A stretch of DNA of 64,000 nt from an uncultured Alphaproteobacteria bacterium (lineage in GTDB: Bacteria; Pseudomonadota; Alphaproteobacteria; RF32; CAG-239), in NCBI GenBank assembly GCA_944390885.1, contig CALXRP010000008.1, positions 5,019 to 69,018 of the forward strand. Reading direction: 5' to 3'. Shown here in pieces: positions 27,519 to 38,134 of the stretch; position 1 is the first letter of the stretch; each line of letters starts with the position of its first letter. Made by a program: the position numbers and the translations under genes. The notes below the pieces were generated by a model that saw only the letters and a list, made by a program, of their open reading frames with translations, was not told where the DNA came from and searched no databases.

Positions 27519-27646
27519 AAAACAGATTCGCCCTCTTGCATTTTTATCAAAATAGTGTACTATTCTTTTCCCGGTGGATATTGAAATTTAGATAAGTTGC
27601 ACCTAAATTAGTATTCGCAAAATATTATGAAAAGAGGTTGAGGTTT

Positions 27647-28552
27647 ATGGTTGCTTCATCAGAATTGGTTTTAAGAAGTTCAAACAATTTACCTGCGGTC
27701 GTTGACGGCAACAGCTTATTTTCGTATTTGGAAAAAATCAAAAAATTCCCGATATTGACAGATAAAGAAGAATTGGAGCTTGTCGCTGCTTTTCAGCAAA
27801 AAGGTGATTTGTCGGCTGCCCAACAGCTGGTAACGTCGCATTTGCGTTTGGCCGCAAAGGTTGCTCTTTCTTACCGTCGCTATGGCTTGCCGATGAGCGA
27901 TATTATCTCGGAAGCAAATATAGGTTTAATGCAGGCTGTCAAAAAATTTGACCTTGATAAAAAAGTCCGCCTGGCGACTTATGCCGTTTGGTGGATTCGT
28001 GCCTCCATTAACGATTATATTCTGCGTTCTTGGTCTTTGGTCAAAATCGGAACCAAAGCTGCTCAGAAAAAATTGTTTTATAACTTAAACCGCCTGAAAG
28101 CCCGCCTGGGTATATATGACAATCGCGAGCTGGCTCCGGAAGCTGTTAAAAAAATTGCCAAGGAACTGGTCGTTGATGAAAGCGACGTTGTTGAGATGAA
28201 TCGCCGCATGGGTGGTGACAAGTCTTTGAACGTTGCAGTTTCGGATGAAGACGATAATGAAAAAATAGACCTCTTGGTCGATTCTCGTCAAAATATTGAA
28301 GAGCGTCTTTCTCGTCGTCAGGAACAAAATCTGCGGAACAAAATCCTCCGCAGCAGTTTGGCTCAGCTTAGTGACCGTGAGCGTGATGTTATCCGCGCGC
28401 GGATGCTGACGGAAAATCCTCTGACGTTGGAAGAACTGGGAAATAAAATGGGTGTCAGCCGGGAACGCATTCGCCAGATTGAAAAGAAAGCATTTGAAAA
28501 ACTGTCTTCTCTGGTGCGTGCAGAAATGGCCGTTCAAAAAGACGCCGCCTGA
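27647..28552 (+). CDS. rpoH: RNA polymerase sigma-32 factor RpoH.
   Basis: The RpoH box (AQKKLFYNLNRLKA) is present, with sigma70 regions 2 and 4. The start was chosen at an ATG preceded by aaagaggttgagg. Confidence 0.8.
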   Translation: MVASSELVLRSSNNLPAVVDGNSLFSYLEKIKKFPILTDKEELELVAAFQQKGDLSAAQQLVTSHLRLAAKVALSYRRYGLPMSDIISEANIGLMQAVKKFDLDKKVRLATYAVWWIRASINDYILRSWSLVKIGTKAAQKKLFYNLNRLKARLGIYDNRELAPEAVKKIAKELVVDESDVVEMNRRMGGDKSLNVAVSDEDDNEKIDLLVDSRQNIEERLSRRQEQNLRNKILRSSLAQLSDRERDVIRARMLTENPLTLEELGNKMGVSRERIRQIEKKAFEKLSSLVRAEMAVQKDAA

Positions 28553-28572
28553 TTTGTTAATTTAATAACCCT

Positions 28573-28788
28573 TTGGTGAATAAGATGGCTGAATTAAAAA
28601 ATGCCGACAAGGGGCTTTGTCGCCCTCAATTGGATCGCTGCTATGATGATAAAGACTCTTCAGTATTCTGCTGGAAGGCTTTTGAAGAACGGATGTCTGC
28701 ACGTTTGTCTGCCGTTCGGGCACAAAAGCTCAAAACCGGTATGGAAGATACGGCGACAGCAGTGAATTTGAAACAAAAAATAATCTGA
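28573..28788 (+). CDS. Small hypothetical protein (71 aa).
   Basis: The ORF lies between rpoH and prmC on the same strand. No domain was recognised. Confidence 0.25.
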   Translation: MVNKMAELKNADKGLCRPQLDRCYDDKDSSVFCWKAFEERMSARLSAVRAQKLKTGMEDTATAVNLKQKII

Positions 28789-28802
28789 TTCGGCAGACAT
28801 TA

Positions 28803-29660
28803 ATGTCTCATTCCGTGAGTGAAATGTATGATGAAGCGGTTTTCTGCCTCTCAAAAGCGCAGATTCCTTCTCCGCGGCTGGAAGCACGTCTGATGCTTTT
28901 GGAAGCATTGGGACTTTCGGCAGATGAAACCGTGCCATTTTCTGCTTCTACCGGCGAACGGCAGAAAGTTTTTTTTGACACAATGCTGGCCAAACGCCTC
29001 CGTCACTTTCCGCTCTGCAAGATATTGGGCCGGAAAGGCTTTTATAAATATGATTTTATTGTAAATGAACAAGTTTTATCGCCGCGTCCGGATACTGAAA
29101 TATTGGTTGAAGCAGCCGTTGAATTTTCTCAAAAATACGGATTGCGGCAAATGGTAGATTTCGGTACCGGTTCCGGATGTATTTTGCTTTCCGTGCTCGG
29201 GGATATTTCCCAAATGGAAGGAACCGGGGTTGATATTTCGGCCGAGGCTTTGGATATTGCGGCTCGTAATGCAGAAAATTTGGGGCTGTCTTCTCGTGCC
29301 GAATGGATTAAGGCCGGGTGGTTTGACAAGGATATTGTGGCTCGTCTGGAACAAAAATATGACCTTATGGTTTCCAATCCGCCATATATTCCGAGCGGGG
29401 ATATTGCGGCATTGGAAGAAGAAGTGCGGGAGCATGATCCTATTCTGGCGCTGGATGGAGGAAAAGACGGCCTGCGGGATTATCGTCGGCTGGCGGAAAT
29501 AGCCCCTTTAATTTTGCGTCCCGGAGCATATATTATGTTAGAGGCCGGTATCGGACAGGCCGATGCCATTGCTTCTGTTTTCATGCACCAAGGTTTTGCT
29601 TTGGAGCAGATCAGGCAGGATCTGAACGGAATCCCGAGATGCGTGATTTTGCATAATTGA
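28803..29660 (+). CDS. prmC: Release factor glutamine methyltransferase PrmC (HemK).
   Basis: The SAM methyltransferase motif (DFGTGSGCILL) and NPPYIP substrate-binding motif are present. Confidence 0.8.
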   Translation: MSHSVSEMYDEAVFCLSKAQIPSPRLEARLMLLEALGLSADETVPFSASTGERQKVFFDTMLAKRLRHFPLCKILGRKGFYKYDFIVNEQVLSPRPDTEILVEAAVEFSQKYGLRQMVDFGTGSGCILLSVLGDISQMEGTGVDISAEALDIAARNAENLGLSSRAEWIKAGWFDKDIVARLEQKYDLMVSNPPYIPSGDIAALEEEVREHDPILALDGGKDGLRDYRRLAEIAPLILRPGAYIMLEAGIGQADAIASVFMHQGFALEQIRQDLNGIPRCVILHN

Positions 29661-29821
29661 GAAAAAATATTTGCAATTAAAAAAAATATCTGTATTATCC
29701 ATTTTGTTGGTGCTTATATTTATTTGTTTTGCGCCTTATTTTTCTCAAGAAAAATGACAGTAAATATCAAGATTTGTCTGGATAATTCATAAAAGAAGAA
29801 TTTTCTGATAATTAACTTTGT

Positions 29822-30436
29822 GTGGAAAATATATATATGAAAAAAAATAACAGTAAGTATCGTAATAATAACAATCAGATTTACTCTCTTAATTATAAAT
29901 TTGACAGTTGCAGTATTGCCGGCAAAATAAACGGCACGGCTCTGGACCTGATAAAAAAATACAATGAGCTGGCCAAAGAGGCGCATAGCAACAATGACTA
30001 TGTCAGCGCCGAAATCTTCCGTCAATATGCTGAGCATTATCGTAAGATCGTCACCGAAATCAACGAGAAAAGAAGCCAAAACAATCTTCGTTCGCGCATG
30101 GAAAATCAGGCAGATTCTGCGGAAGAAACCCAGGAGTTTGATGCCATTAGCAATGCCATTGAAAACGATGAAGATGCACATGTCGAGTTGTTTGATTCTT
30201 CGGAAGAAGTTGTCAATCCTGCTGATGATATAGAAATTGGCGGAAATGTGGTTGATATGTTTTCTGCCCTTCCATCTGCCGAAAGTAAAAATGCGGAAGA
30301 AACGATAGCACCGGCTTCAAAAGCTTTTACGGTAATTGAGATCAGCCCGGAAAATGCAAAGACAGAAGTCATTGAAGCCGTTTCTGAGAGCGCCCCGCGC
30401 CGCAAATACACCCGCAAAAAAGATTTAGCCGTCTGA
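29822..30436 (+). CDS. DUF4167 domain protein, an alphaproteobacteria-specific family.
   Basis: The N-terminus has an N-rich tract followed by FDSCSIAGKINGTALDLIKKYNELAKEAHSNNDYVSAEIFRQYAEHYRKIV. This matches the DUF4167 consensus (FDSNGPDVKIRG.AQQI.EKY.QLARDA...GD.V.AENYLQHAEHY.RI). The C-terminus is acidic and low-complexity. Confidence 0.6.
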   Translation: MENIYMKKNNSKYRNNNNQIYSLNYKFDSCSIAGKINGTALDLIKKYNELAKEAHSNNDYVSAEIFRQYAEHYRKIVTEINEKRSQNNLRSRMENQADSAEETQEFDAISNAIENDEDAHVELFDSSEEVVNPADDIEIGGNVVDMFSALPSAESKNAEETIAPASKAFTVIEISPENAKTEVIEAVSESAPRRKYTRKKDLAV

Positions 30437-30458
30437 AGTCCTGAAAAGGAGAACATAT

Positions 30459-31607
30459 TTGTCTTTTGCCGTTGCCGCCTTTATAGTTGGTTTTTCTTGC
30501 GCCATAATCACATCCAAAATATTGTTGGGGTATAACAGTTTTAGTGTATGGCTGAAAATCCCGCTGGCAGCGCTTATTTTTGCCGCTTGGTTTACACCGG
30601 TGATTTTGGGCTTTATCCGTCGCCACCGGTTGATTGGCAATATGGAAATTTATGCCGGACTGAACAATTTTATGTATTATCTTTTCGGCCTGGCTTTTAT
30701 AATTTTTTGCCTGCTGATGACGCGGGATATTGTCTGGTTTGCCGTCCACGGGATTGCAAAACTCGCAGGACATGCACCGGAATATCTCGACCCCAAGAAC
30801 CCCCGTTCTCTGGGAATAAGCAATGTTGTTGTTCTGATTATTTCTCTGCTGATTTCTTTTTACGGCGTATATCAGGCTGTCAAAGTGCCGGAAGTCAGGG
30901 AGCTTAATATCTCCAGTTCCAAAATATTAAAACCGGCCAAAATCGTTTTTTTAAGCGACCTGCATATCAATCGGACAAGCTCAAAGAAGCGTTTGCAAAA
31001 AATTGTCGACAGAGTAAATGGCTTAAAGCCGGATATTGTTGTTTTTGTCGGGGATATAATAGATGACCGGCTGATAAACATACATTCCAGATTAAATATC
31101 TTAAAAGAGATTAAAGCGCCGGAAGGGATCTATTCCGTCTTGGGCAATCATGAGCTGTGGGCAGGCATTCCGGCTTGGTTCATGAAGTTTGGCAAACTCG
31201 GTTTTCATCCTTTGATTAATAAAGGAAAGCGTTTTGACGATTACGGAATTTATATCGCCGGCGTTCCGGATGCCTGGATTGCAATGTTCAGCCAGATATT
31301 TAAATATAATTTCAAAAATACCTTGCATGGGTCGCAGGAAAATGATTATAAGATTCTGCTTTCCCACAGCCCGAAAATAAACCTGCAGGGCAATAAATTT
31401 GATTTGCAGTTATCCGGCCATACGCACGGCGGGCAGATTTTCCCTTTTCACATTTTGGCAAAGCATAACAACAAATATTTAGCCGGCCATTATAAAGACG
31501 GCGATATGGATATTTACGTTTCGCGCGGAGCCGGATATTGGGGGCCGGCAATGCGGATATTGGCGCCGTCCGAAATTACGCTGATTAATTTAACGCCTGA
31601 AAAATAA
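30459..31607 (+). CDS. Membrane-anchored metallophosphoesterase (calcineurin-like phosphoesterase).
   Basis: Four N-terminal TM helices are followed by metallophosphatase motifs (LSDLHIN, GDIIDD, GNHE, GHTHGGQ). Confidence 0.7.
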   Translation: MSFAVAAFIVGFSCAIITSKILLGYNSFSVWLKIPLAALIFAAWFTPVILGFIRRHRLIGNMEIYAGLNNFMYYLFGLAFIIFCLLMTRDIVWFAVHGIAKLAGHAPEYLDPKNPRSLGISNVVVLIISLLISFYGVYQAVKVPEVRELNISSSKILKPAKIVFLSDLHINRTSSKKRLQKIVDRVNGLKPDIVVFVGDIIDDRLINIHSRLNILKEIKAPEGIYSVLGNHELWAGIPAWFMKFGKLGFHPLINKGKRFDDYGIYIAGVPDAWIAMFSQIFKYNFKNTLHGSQENDYKILLSHSPKINLQGNKFDLQLSGHTHGGQIFPFHILAKHNNKYLAGHYKDGDMDIYVSRGAGYWGPAMRILAPSEITLINLTPEK

Positions 31608-31680
31608 TCTGAAAAACTTGATTTCTTACCACTGCCTTTCCTATATAAATATTAAGCGATATAAAGGAAGGTGTTAAATT

Positions 31681-34284
31681 ATGGATTATGAAAAATTAAC
31701 CAACAAATCAAAAGAGGTCATCCAGGATGTAATCAATCTGGCTGCGCAGCACCGCCACCAGTACATCACGCCGGAACATCTTTTGCAGGTGCTGATAGAC
31801 TTAAAAGACGGCACAATTCTGGATCTGCTTGTCAAATCGGGCGGCAGCCTGATTCAGATTCGCCAAAAACTGGAAGAGGCTTTAAGAAAGCTGCCGGAAG
31901 TCAGCGGACAGGGAACACAGAGCCTGATGTCTCAGGAGTTTACCCGCGTTATGCTGGAGGCCGAAAAGCTGGCGGACAAGGCAAATGATAAGTTTGTAAC
32001 AATTGAGCGGATTTTGCAGGCTTTGGCCATGAGCAAAGGAACCGAGGCAGAAAAAATTCTGCACGAAAGCGGCGTTGACGCGGTCAAGCTGAACAATGCA
32101 ATTAACGAATACCGCAAAGGGCGTCTGGCCGATTCTGAAAGCGCCGAAGACAACTTCGAGGCTCTGAAAAAATATGCCGTTGATATTACGGCGCGCGCCA
32201 AAGAAGGAAAACTTGATCCTGTTATCGGCCGCGAACACGAGATTCGCCGGACAATTCAGGTTTTGTCGCGCCGGACAAAGAATAATCCGGTGCTGATTGG
32301 TGAACCGGGCGTCGGCAAGACCGCTATTGTTGAAGGCCTGGCCATTCGTATTGTTAATAATGACGTACCGGAAAGCCTCAAAAACAAAAAACTTTTGGCG
32401 CTGGATATGGGAGCGTTGATTGCCGGAGCAAAATTCCGCGGTGAGTTTGAAGAGCGGTTGAAAGCGGTTCTGAAAGACGTTGAAGCCTCAGACGGCAACA
32501 TCATCTTGTTTATTGACGAGATGCACACGATTGTCGGTGCCGGCGCCAGCGAAGGCTCAATGGATGCTTCCAATCTCTTAAAGCCGGCTCTGGCACGCGG
32601 TGAGCTTCATTGTCTCGGCGCTACGACATTGAACGAATATAAAAAATATATAGAAAAAGATGCTGCGCTTGCCCGTCGTTTCCAACCTGTATTTATCGGC
32701 GAGCCGACGGTTGAAGAAACCATTTCCATTCTGCGTGGTATAAAAGAAAAATTTGAACTTCATCACGGCGTCCGGATTTCCGATTCTGCTTTGCTGGCCG
32801 CGGCAACTTTGTCCAACCGCTATATTACCGACCGTTTTCTGCCGGATAAAGCGATTGACCTGATGGATGAGGCCGCCAGCTCATTAAGAATGACGATAGA
32901 TTCCAAACCGGAAGAACTCGATGAACTAGACCGCAAAATTTTGCAGCTCAAAATCGAGCGCGAGGCTTTGAAGAAAGAAGACGATGAAAAATCCAAACAG
33001 CGCTTGGAATTGATTGGTTACGAGATTTCCGGCCTTGAATCCAAAGCCAAAACTTTGGAAGAAAAATGGAAAGCCGAAAAGCAGGTGCTGGCAGATCTGA
33101 CCGGTTTGAAAGACAAGTTGGATAAGGCCAAAATCGAGGTTGAGATTGCCAAACGCAACGGCCAGTATGAAAAAGCCGGTGAGTTGCAATACGGCCTGAT
33201 TCCGGAATTGGAAAACAAAATCAAAGCAGCGGAAGAAGTCTCCCAGCAAAAGAAGAGCGGTTTCAGCGAAGTCGTTACCGATGAGAATATTGCCGCCGTC
33301 GTTTCCAAATGGACGGGCATTCCGGTTGATAAAATGCTGGAGGGCGAAAAAGAAAAACTGCTGCATATGGAAGAATTTTTGGGCAAACGCGTTGTCGGGC
33401 AAAAAGAGGCCATTGCCGCCGTCGCCAATGCCGTCCGCCGTTCTCGTGCCGGTATCAGCGATTCCCGCCAGCCGATAGGATCGTTCTTGTTCTTAGGGCC
33501 GACCGGTGTTGGTAAAACCGAACTGAGCAAAGCTCTGGCGGAATTTCTGTTCAATGATGAAACAGCCATGATCCGGATTGATATGTCCGAATATATGGAA
33601 AAACATGCCGTTGCCCGTCTGATTGGCTCGCCTCCGGGATATGTCGGCTATGAAGAAGGCGGTGTATTAACCGAGGCTGTCCGCCGTCGTCCGTATCAGG
33701 TCATCTTGTTTGATGAGGTTGAAAAAGCCCACCCGGATATTTTCAACGTCTTGCTGCAAGTGCTTGATGACGGCCGTCTGACAGATGGCAAAGGCCGCAC
33801 GGTAGATTTTAAGAATACCATTATCATTATGACTTCCAACTTAGGCTCGGAGATATTGTCCAATGCCACGGGAGCCGATGATCCGCGCAAAATTAAGGCG
33901 CAGGTAATGGATATTGTTAAGGCGTCTTTCCGTCCGGAGTTTATCAACCGTATTGACGAGATAACAATCTTTCATCGTCTGGATAAAAACAATATCAAAG
34001 ATATTGCCGAAATTCAGATTAAGAACATTGAAAAACGGCTGGCGGAAAAGAACATCAAACTGCATGTCAACGATGCCGCCTTTGTTTGGATTGTCAATAA
34101 CGGATATGATCCGGTCTATGGCGCCCGCCCGCTCAAACGTCTTTTGAAAAACCAGATTGAAAACAAACTGGCCGTAAAGATTTTGAACGGCGAAATCGGA
34201 GAAAACGATACGGCAAATATTATTGTCGTAAACGGAGAATTGGACATTGTCAGAGATAAAAAAGCCAATGCAAAAGCTGTATGA
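31681..34284 (+). CDS. clpB: ATP-dependent chaperone ClpB.
   Basis: Two AAA+ modules carry Walker A motifs ([15 protein letters not shown]; [15 protein letters not shown]). The long middle coiled-coil is present. The protein is 867 aa. Confidence 0.9.
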   Translation: MDYEKLTNKSKEVIQDVINLAAQHRHQYITPEHLLQVLIDLKDGTILDLLVKSGGSLIQIRQKLEEALRKLPEVSGQGTQSLMSQEFTRVMLEAEKLADKANDKFVTIERILQALAMSKGTEAEKILHESGVDAVKLNNAINEYRKGRLADSESAEDNFEALKKYAVDITARAKEGKLDPVIGREHEIRRTIQVLSRRTKNNPVLIGEPGVGKTAIVEGLAIRIVNNDVPESLKNKKLLALDMGALIAGAKFRGEFEERLKAVLKDVEASDGNIILFIDEMHTIVGAGASEGSMDASNLLKPALARGELHCLGATTLNEYKKYIEKDAALARRFQPVFIGEPTVEETISILRGIKEKFELHHGVRISDSALLAAATLSNRYITDRFLPDKAIDLMDEAASSLRMTIDSKPEELDELDRKILQLKIEREALKKEDDEKSKQRLELIGYEISGLESKAKTLEEKWKAEKQVLADLTGLKDKLDKAKIEVEIAKRNGQYEKAGELQYGLIPELENKIKAAEEVSQQKKSGFSEVVTDENIAAVVSKWTGIPVDKMLEGEKEKLLHMEEFLGKRVVGQKEAIAAVANAVRRSRAGISDSRQPIGSFLFLGPTGVGKTELSKALAEFLFNDETAMIRIDMSEYMEKHAVARLIGSPPGYVGYEEGGVLTEAVRRRPYQVILFDEVEKAHPDIFNVLLQVLDDGRLTDGKGRTVDFKNTIIIMTSNLGSEILSNATGADDPRKIKAQVMDIVKASFRPEFINRIDEITIFHRLDKNNIKDIAEIQIKNIEKRLAEKNIKLHVNDAAFVWIVNNGYDPVYGARPLKRLLKNQIENKLAVKILNGEIGENDTANIIVVNGELDIVRDKKANAKAV

Positions 34285-34693
34285 ACAGGCAATGCGGGCG
34301 GCGACGGAAGAAGACGTTTCAACGCCGCCCGATTCTCTGGTACTGTATAGCATAAGCTACCAGCCGACGGAAGAAAACAAAGACAAAGCTTTTGCTTATC
34401 TGCAAAAAAATCCGCAGGCGATGATGATTGACCAAACGCCCTGCGGCCGAAAATTGATTGCGCTGGGAATGTTGGAAGATTCCCTGCCAAAAGAACAGAT
34501 AACGGAAGTCTGGCGCGTGGCAAGCCGCCGTTTGATTGCCTCGGCTGAGGGAAACATAACGGCTTTTGTAGACAACGCCGACAAACGCAGCGTCTTTCGG
34601 GGAGAAGAGCTTCCCGGATTGTTAAAAAATCCTAAAGTCAAAACCATAAACGGTATGGATAAATTTGCTTTTGCCACCCGGTTTAAGGACTAA
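34247..34693 (+). CDS. Hypothetical protein. The start is uncertain and overlaps the clpB 3' end.
   Basis: A 140-148 aa ORF follows clpB. No domain was recognised. Confidence 0.35.
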   Translation: MSEIKKPMQKLYEQAMRAATEEDVSTPPDSLVLYSISYQPTEENKDKAFAYLQKNPQAMMIDQTPCGRKLIALGMLEDSLPKEQITEVWRVASRRLIASAEGNITAFVDNADKRSVFRGEELPGLLKNPKVKTINGMDKFAFATRFKD

Positions 34694-34866
34694 GTTTTTA
34701 TCCTCGTGTGCTTCTGCCAACGACAAACAAAAAATAAAACTCCCGAATGAAATAACACCGGGAGTTTTCTGTTTTTATGTCTTATGATATAATTAATCCT
34801 GATCTGTATAACAATAAAAAAAATCCCCATTCAATTGAATGGGGATCTGTATCTTCCAAAGACAAA

Positions 34867-35352
34867 TTATTCTTTGGTAAAAGCCTTAGCCTGTTTTTTA
34901 GCTTCGTCTTCCGTTCTGGCAACATTAACCAGAATAGTCTGAGAAACTTCCGGATGCAGGTTGAGTTTAACTTCATAAACGCCCAGATCTTTAATGGAAT
35001 TTTCCAAGAAAACCTGACGACGTTCAACTTCAAAACCGGCATTTTTAATTGCGGAGGCAATGTCACGGATAGTAACAGAACCATACAATTGTCCGGTTTC
35101 GGCAGCCTGACGGATCAGGGTAGCACTGAAGCCTTTCAAAGATTCGGCAATTTCGGAAGCCTTATCAAACAAAGCTTTGTTATGAGCTTCGAGCTGAGCT
35201 TTCTGCTTTTCAAAATAAGCAACATTTGCTTCGGTAGCGCGCAAAGCTTTTTTAGTCGGGAGCAGGTAGTTGCGGGCATAGCCGTTTTTAACCGTAACCT
35301 GATCACCCATTCTGCCCAGTTTATCAACATGTTCAAGAAGAATAACTTTCAT
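34867..35352 (-). CDS. rplI: 50S ribosomal protein L9.
   Basis: The N-terminus MKVILLEHVDKLGRMGDQVTVKNGYARNYLLP matches L9. Confidence 0.9.
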   Translation of the reverse strand: MKVILLEHVDKLGRMGDQVTVKNGYARNYLLPTKKALRATEANVAYFEKQKAQLEAHNKALFDKASEIAESLKGFSATLIRQAAETGQLYGSVTIRDIASAIKNAGFEVERRQVFLENSIKDLGVYEVKLNLHPEVSQTILVNVARTEDEAKKQAKAFTKE

Positions 35353-35366
35353 ATCTGTTCTCCTCC

Positions 35367-35594
35367 TTAATCTGCAACAAACGGAAGCAGGGCCAAATAA
35401 CGCGCACGTTTAATGGCGCGGGCCAGTTCTCTTTGCTTTTTGGCCGAAACAGCAGTAATGCGGCTCGGAATGATTTTGCCTTTCTCGGAAATATATCTGG
35501 AAAGCAGTTTAACATCTTTATAATCGATCTTCAAACCGTCTTCACCGGAGAAAGGACAAGCTTTTTTTCTTCTGAAGAATACTTGTTTAGCCAT
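35367..35594 (-). CDS. rpsR: 30S ribosomal protein S18.
   Basis: The sequence [41 protein letters not shown] matches S18. Confidence 0.9.
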   Translation of the reverse strand: MAKQVFFRRKKACPFSGEDGLKIDYKDVKLLSRYISEKGKIIPSRITAVSAKKQRELARAIKRARYLALLPFVAD

Positions 35595-35940
35595 TAGTTT
35601 GCCTCCTGTTCTTCGCTGGTTTCAGAAGAAGAATTGGCAGCATCTTCACTGCTCAGTTCATCAACTTTAACCGTCATATAACGGATAACGTCTTCGTTGA
35701 ATCTCATCAGTCTCTCATATTCCGCAATAGCGGCAGCCGGAGCTGAAATATTCAGGACAACATAGTGGCCTTTACGATTCTTTTTAATACGGTAAGCAAG
35801 GTTTTTCAAACCCCAGTTATCAACTCTGACAACTTCTCCGCCGTTCTTTTTGATGGTTTCGCTCAGATCGGAAACCAAAGAGCTGACTTGAGAAGCGCCG
35901 AGATCCTGACGTGCAATCAGCACGCTTTCATAAAATGACA
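35594..35940 (-). CDS. rpsF: 30S ribosomal protein S6.
   Basis: The N-terminus [26 protein letters not shown]… matches S6. The start was chosen at the internal ATG that aligns with S6 N-termini. The TAA stop overlaps the rpsR ATG. Confidence 0.85.
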
Positions 35941-36225
35941 TATATAAAATCTCCTTATGGATTCTCAACAAATGCCCCGGTTGCGGGGCGGGTTCTTGTA
36001 TAGCCGAAAGCCAAAACCTCCAGCAAGGGACAAGCGCACTATATATCAAATCTTTCAATTTGCAAGCATTTTCTTTGTATAAAACCGATATTTTTCCTTA
36101 AGATATGTCAAAAGACAAGAGCCTTTTTTGCTCAGTCTTATCCACAAGCCGGAGAAAAAGACTTGTATTTATATAATATTAATATTTTTGTTCTAGCCTA
36201 AACTCATAAAAACAACGGGTGGAAT

Positions 36226-36588
36226 ATGTCGGAAAAAATAAGATTTTTGTTAGGGCTGGTAGGAATTTGTGCGGCAAGCGCCTGCACCAATCTGGACGGT
36301 TTGTGCCCGCATTGCTATCCGCCGAAGAACCGCTATGTCTACCTGCGTGATAAAACCTATGCCAATGACGAACCCGTCATCCCTCTTCAAAATCTGATGA
36401 GCCGCACGGTTGTTTATTGCCACTCCACAGAAACAAACAGCGCCGAAACCTGTGCCGAAGTTTTTGAAAGCAATGGATATGTGCGTGTTCGGGATATCCC
36501 TTACAAAACGGCGGATTATGATTTCTTAAAAAACGATACTTACCCGACCCGCCGTTGGCGTAATGACGAGCTGACCCCGAGATGGTAG
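36226..36588 (+). CDS. Small Cys-containing lipoprotein of unknown function.
   Basis: A lipobox (ICAASAC) is present in a 120 aa ORF. Confidence 0.45.
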   Translation: MSEKIRFLLGLVGICAASACTNLDGLCPHCYPPKNRYVYLRDKTYANDEPVIPLQNLMSRTVVYCHSTETNSAETCAEVFESNGYVRVRDIPYKTADYDFLKNDTYPTRRWRNDELTPRW

Positions 36589-36598
36589 GAGAAAAGCC

Positions 36599-38122
36599 AT
36601 GCTCGCCAGAATAAACACCATCACATTCAACGGGCTGGAAATTCTTGATGTCGATTTGCAAATTCAGGTCACCTCAGGTCTTCCGGCCTTTAATATTGTC
36701 GGCCTGCCGGACAAGGCCATTGCCGAAAGCCGGGAACGCGTTCGAGCAGCGTTGCAGTCAATCGGACTGGCATTGCCGGCCAAACATATCACCATCAATT
36801 TATCTCCGGCCGATTTATATAAGGAAGGTTCTCATTTTGATTTGCCGGTAGCATTAGGCCTGATGGCCGTGATGGGCGTTATCCCGAATGAAATGCTGCT
36901 GGGCTACATTGCTCTGGGTGAGCTCGGATTGGACGGATCAATAATCCCGGTCAACGGCGTTCTGCCGGTGGCAATCAAAGCCGCAAGACAGGGAAAGGGG
37001 CTGATTTGCCCGCAGGCGCAGGGTAGTGAGGCCGCTTGGTCTGGGTTAAAAGAAATTGTGGCGGCGGACAATTTGCTGAGCCTGATAAACCATTTTAAGG
37101 GAACGCAGCTGCTGCCGTATCCCCGCCGCCGGACTGCCGAAGCCGGGTACTCCGGTTTAGATATGTCCGAAGTCAAAGGACAGGAAAGCGCTAAAAGAGC
37201 TTTTGAAATTGCGGCTGCCGGCGGACATAATCTGCTGATGGTCGGGCCTCCGGGCTCCGGAAAATCAATGCTTGCCGCCCGGATGCCGACGATTTTGCCG
37301 CCGCTGAGCCCGGAAGAAGCGCTTGAAACCAGCATGATTCATTCCGTCGCCGGTATTTTGAAAGACGGAAAAATTTGTTTTGAGCGCCCATACCGCGATC
37401 CCCACCACACATCCTCAACGCCGGCTTTGGTCGGCGGCGGACGCAAAGGCCAACCCGGAGAAATTTCTCTGGCGCATAACGGCGTTTTATTTCTTGATGA
37501 ACTGCCCGAATTCAGCCGCCCGACGCTCGAGGCGCTTCGCCAGCCGTTGGAAAACGGCACGGTCAGCATTTCCCGCGTTCATGCCCATACGACTTTCCCT
37601 GCGCGTTTCCAATTGATTGCCGCCATGAACCCCTGCCGCTGCGGATATTTAGGATCAAAAGGGCAGGAATGCGCAAGAGCTCCTTTGTGTGCGGCAGAAT
37701 ATCAGGCCAAACTTTCCGGCCCGTTGCTGGACCGGATTGATATGTATATCGAGGTTCCTGCCGTCAGCCCGTGGGATCTGGCAAATGTTAAAAAAGGCGA
37801 AAGCTCAGAAACGATTCGGTCCCGAGTCGTTGCCGCCCGAACGCTGCAAAAACAACGTTTTATCAAATTCGGGCATCCGGAATTGCATACAAATGCCGAA
37901 TTGAATGGTGAAATTTTAGAAAAAATAGCCGGACTTGACGATGAAGCAAAGTCGCTGCTGATAAGCTTTTCAGAGAAAAACAAGCTTTCAGCGCGCTCTT
38001 ATCATCGAATAATTCGTCTATCAAGAACAATTGCAGACTTGCAAAATAAAATAAATGTGAGTAGAATACACGTCGCAGAAGCATTGTCTTATCGCCGCAT
38101 TCTGCCAAATAAACGCATTTAG
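36599..38122 (+). CDS. comM: Mg-chelatase-like AAA+ ATPase YifB/ComM.
   Basis: The N-terminal Lon-like domain (…ESRERVRAALQS…) is followed by an AAA+ domain with Walker A (GPPGSGKSM) and a C-terminal Mg-chelatase ChlI-like region. Confidence 0.85.
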   Translation: MLARINTITFNGLEILDVDLQIQVTSGLPAFNIVGLPDKAIAESRERVRAALQSIGLALPAKHITINLSPADLYKEGSHFDLPVALGLMAVMGVIPNEMLLGYIALGELGLDGSIIPVNGVLPVAIKAARQGKGLICPQAQGSEAAWSGLKEIVAADNLLSLINHFKGTQLLPYPRRRTAEAGYSGLDMSEVKGQESAKRAFEIAAAGGHNLLMVGPPGSGKSMLAARMPTILPPLSPEEALETSMIHSVAGILKDGKICFERPYRDPHHTSSTPALVGGGRKGQPGEISLAHNGVLFLDELPEFSRPTLEALRQPLENGTVSISRVHAHTTFPARFQLIAAMNPCRCGYLGSKGQECARAPLCAAEYQAKLSGPLLDRIDMYIEVPAVSPWDLANVKKGESSETIRSRVVAARTLQKQRFIKFGHPELHTNAELNGEILEKIAGLDDEAKSLLISFSEKNKLSARSYHRIIRLSRTIADLQNKINVSRIHVAEALSYRRILPNKRI

Positions 38123-38134
38123 GAGACCAAAATA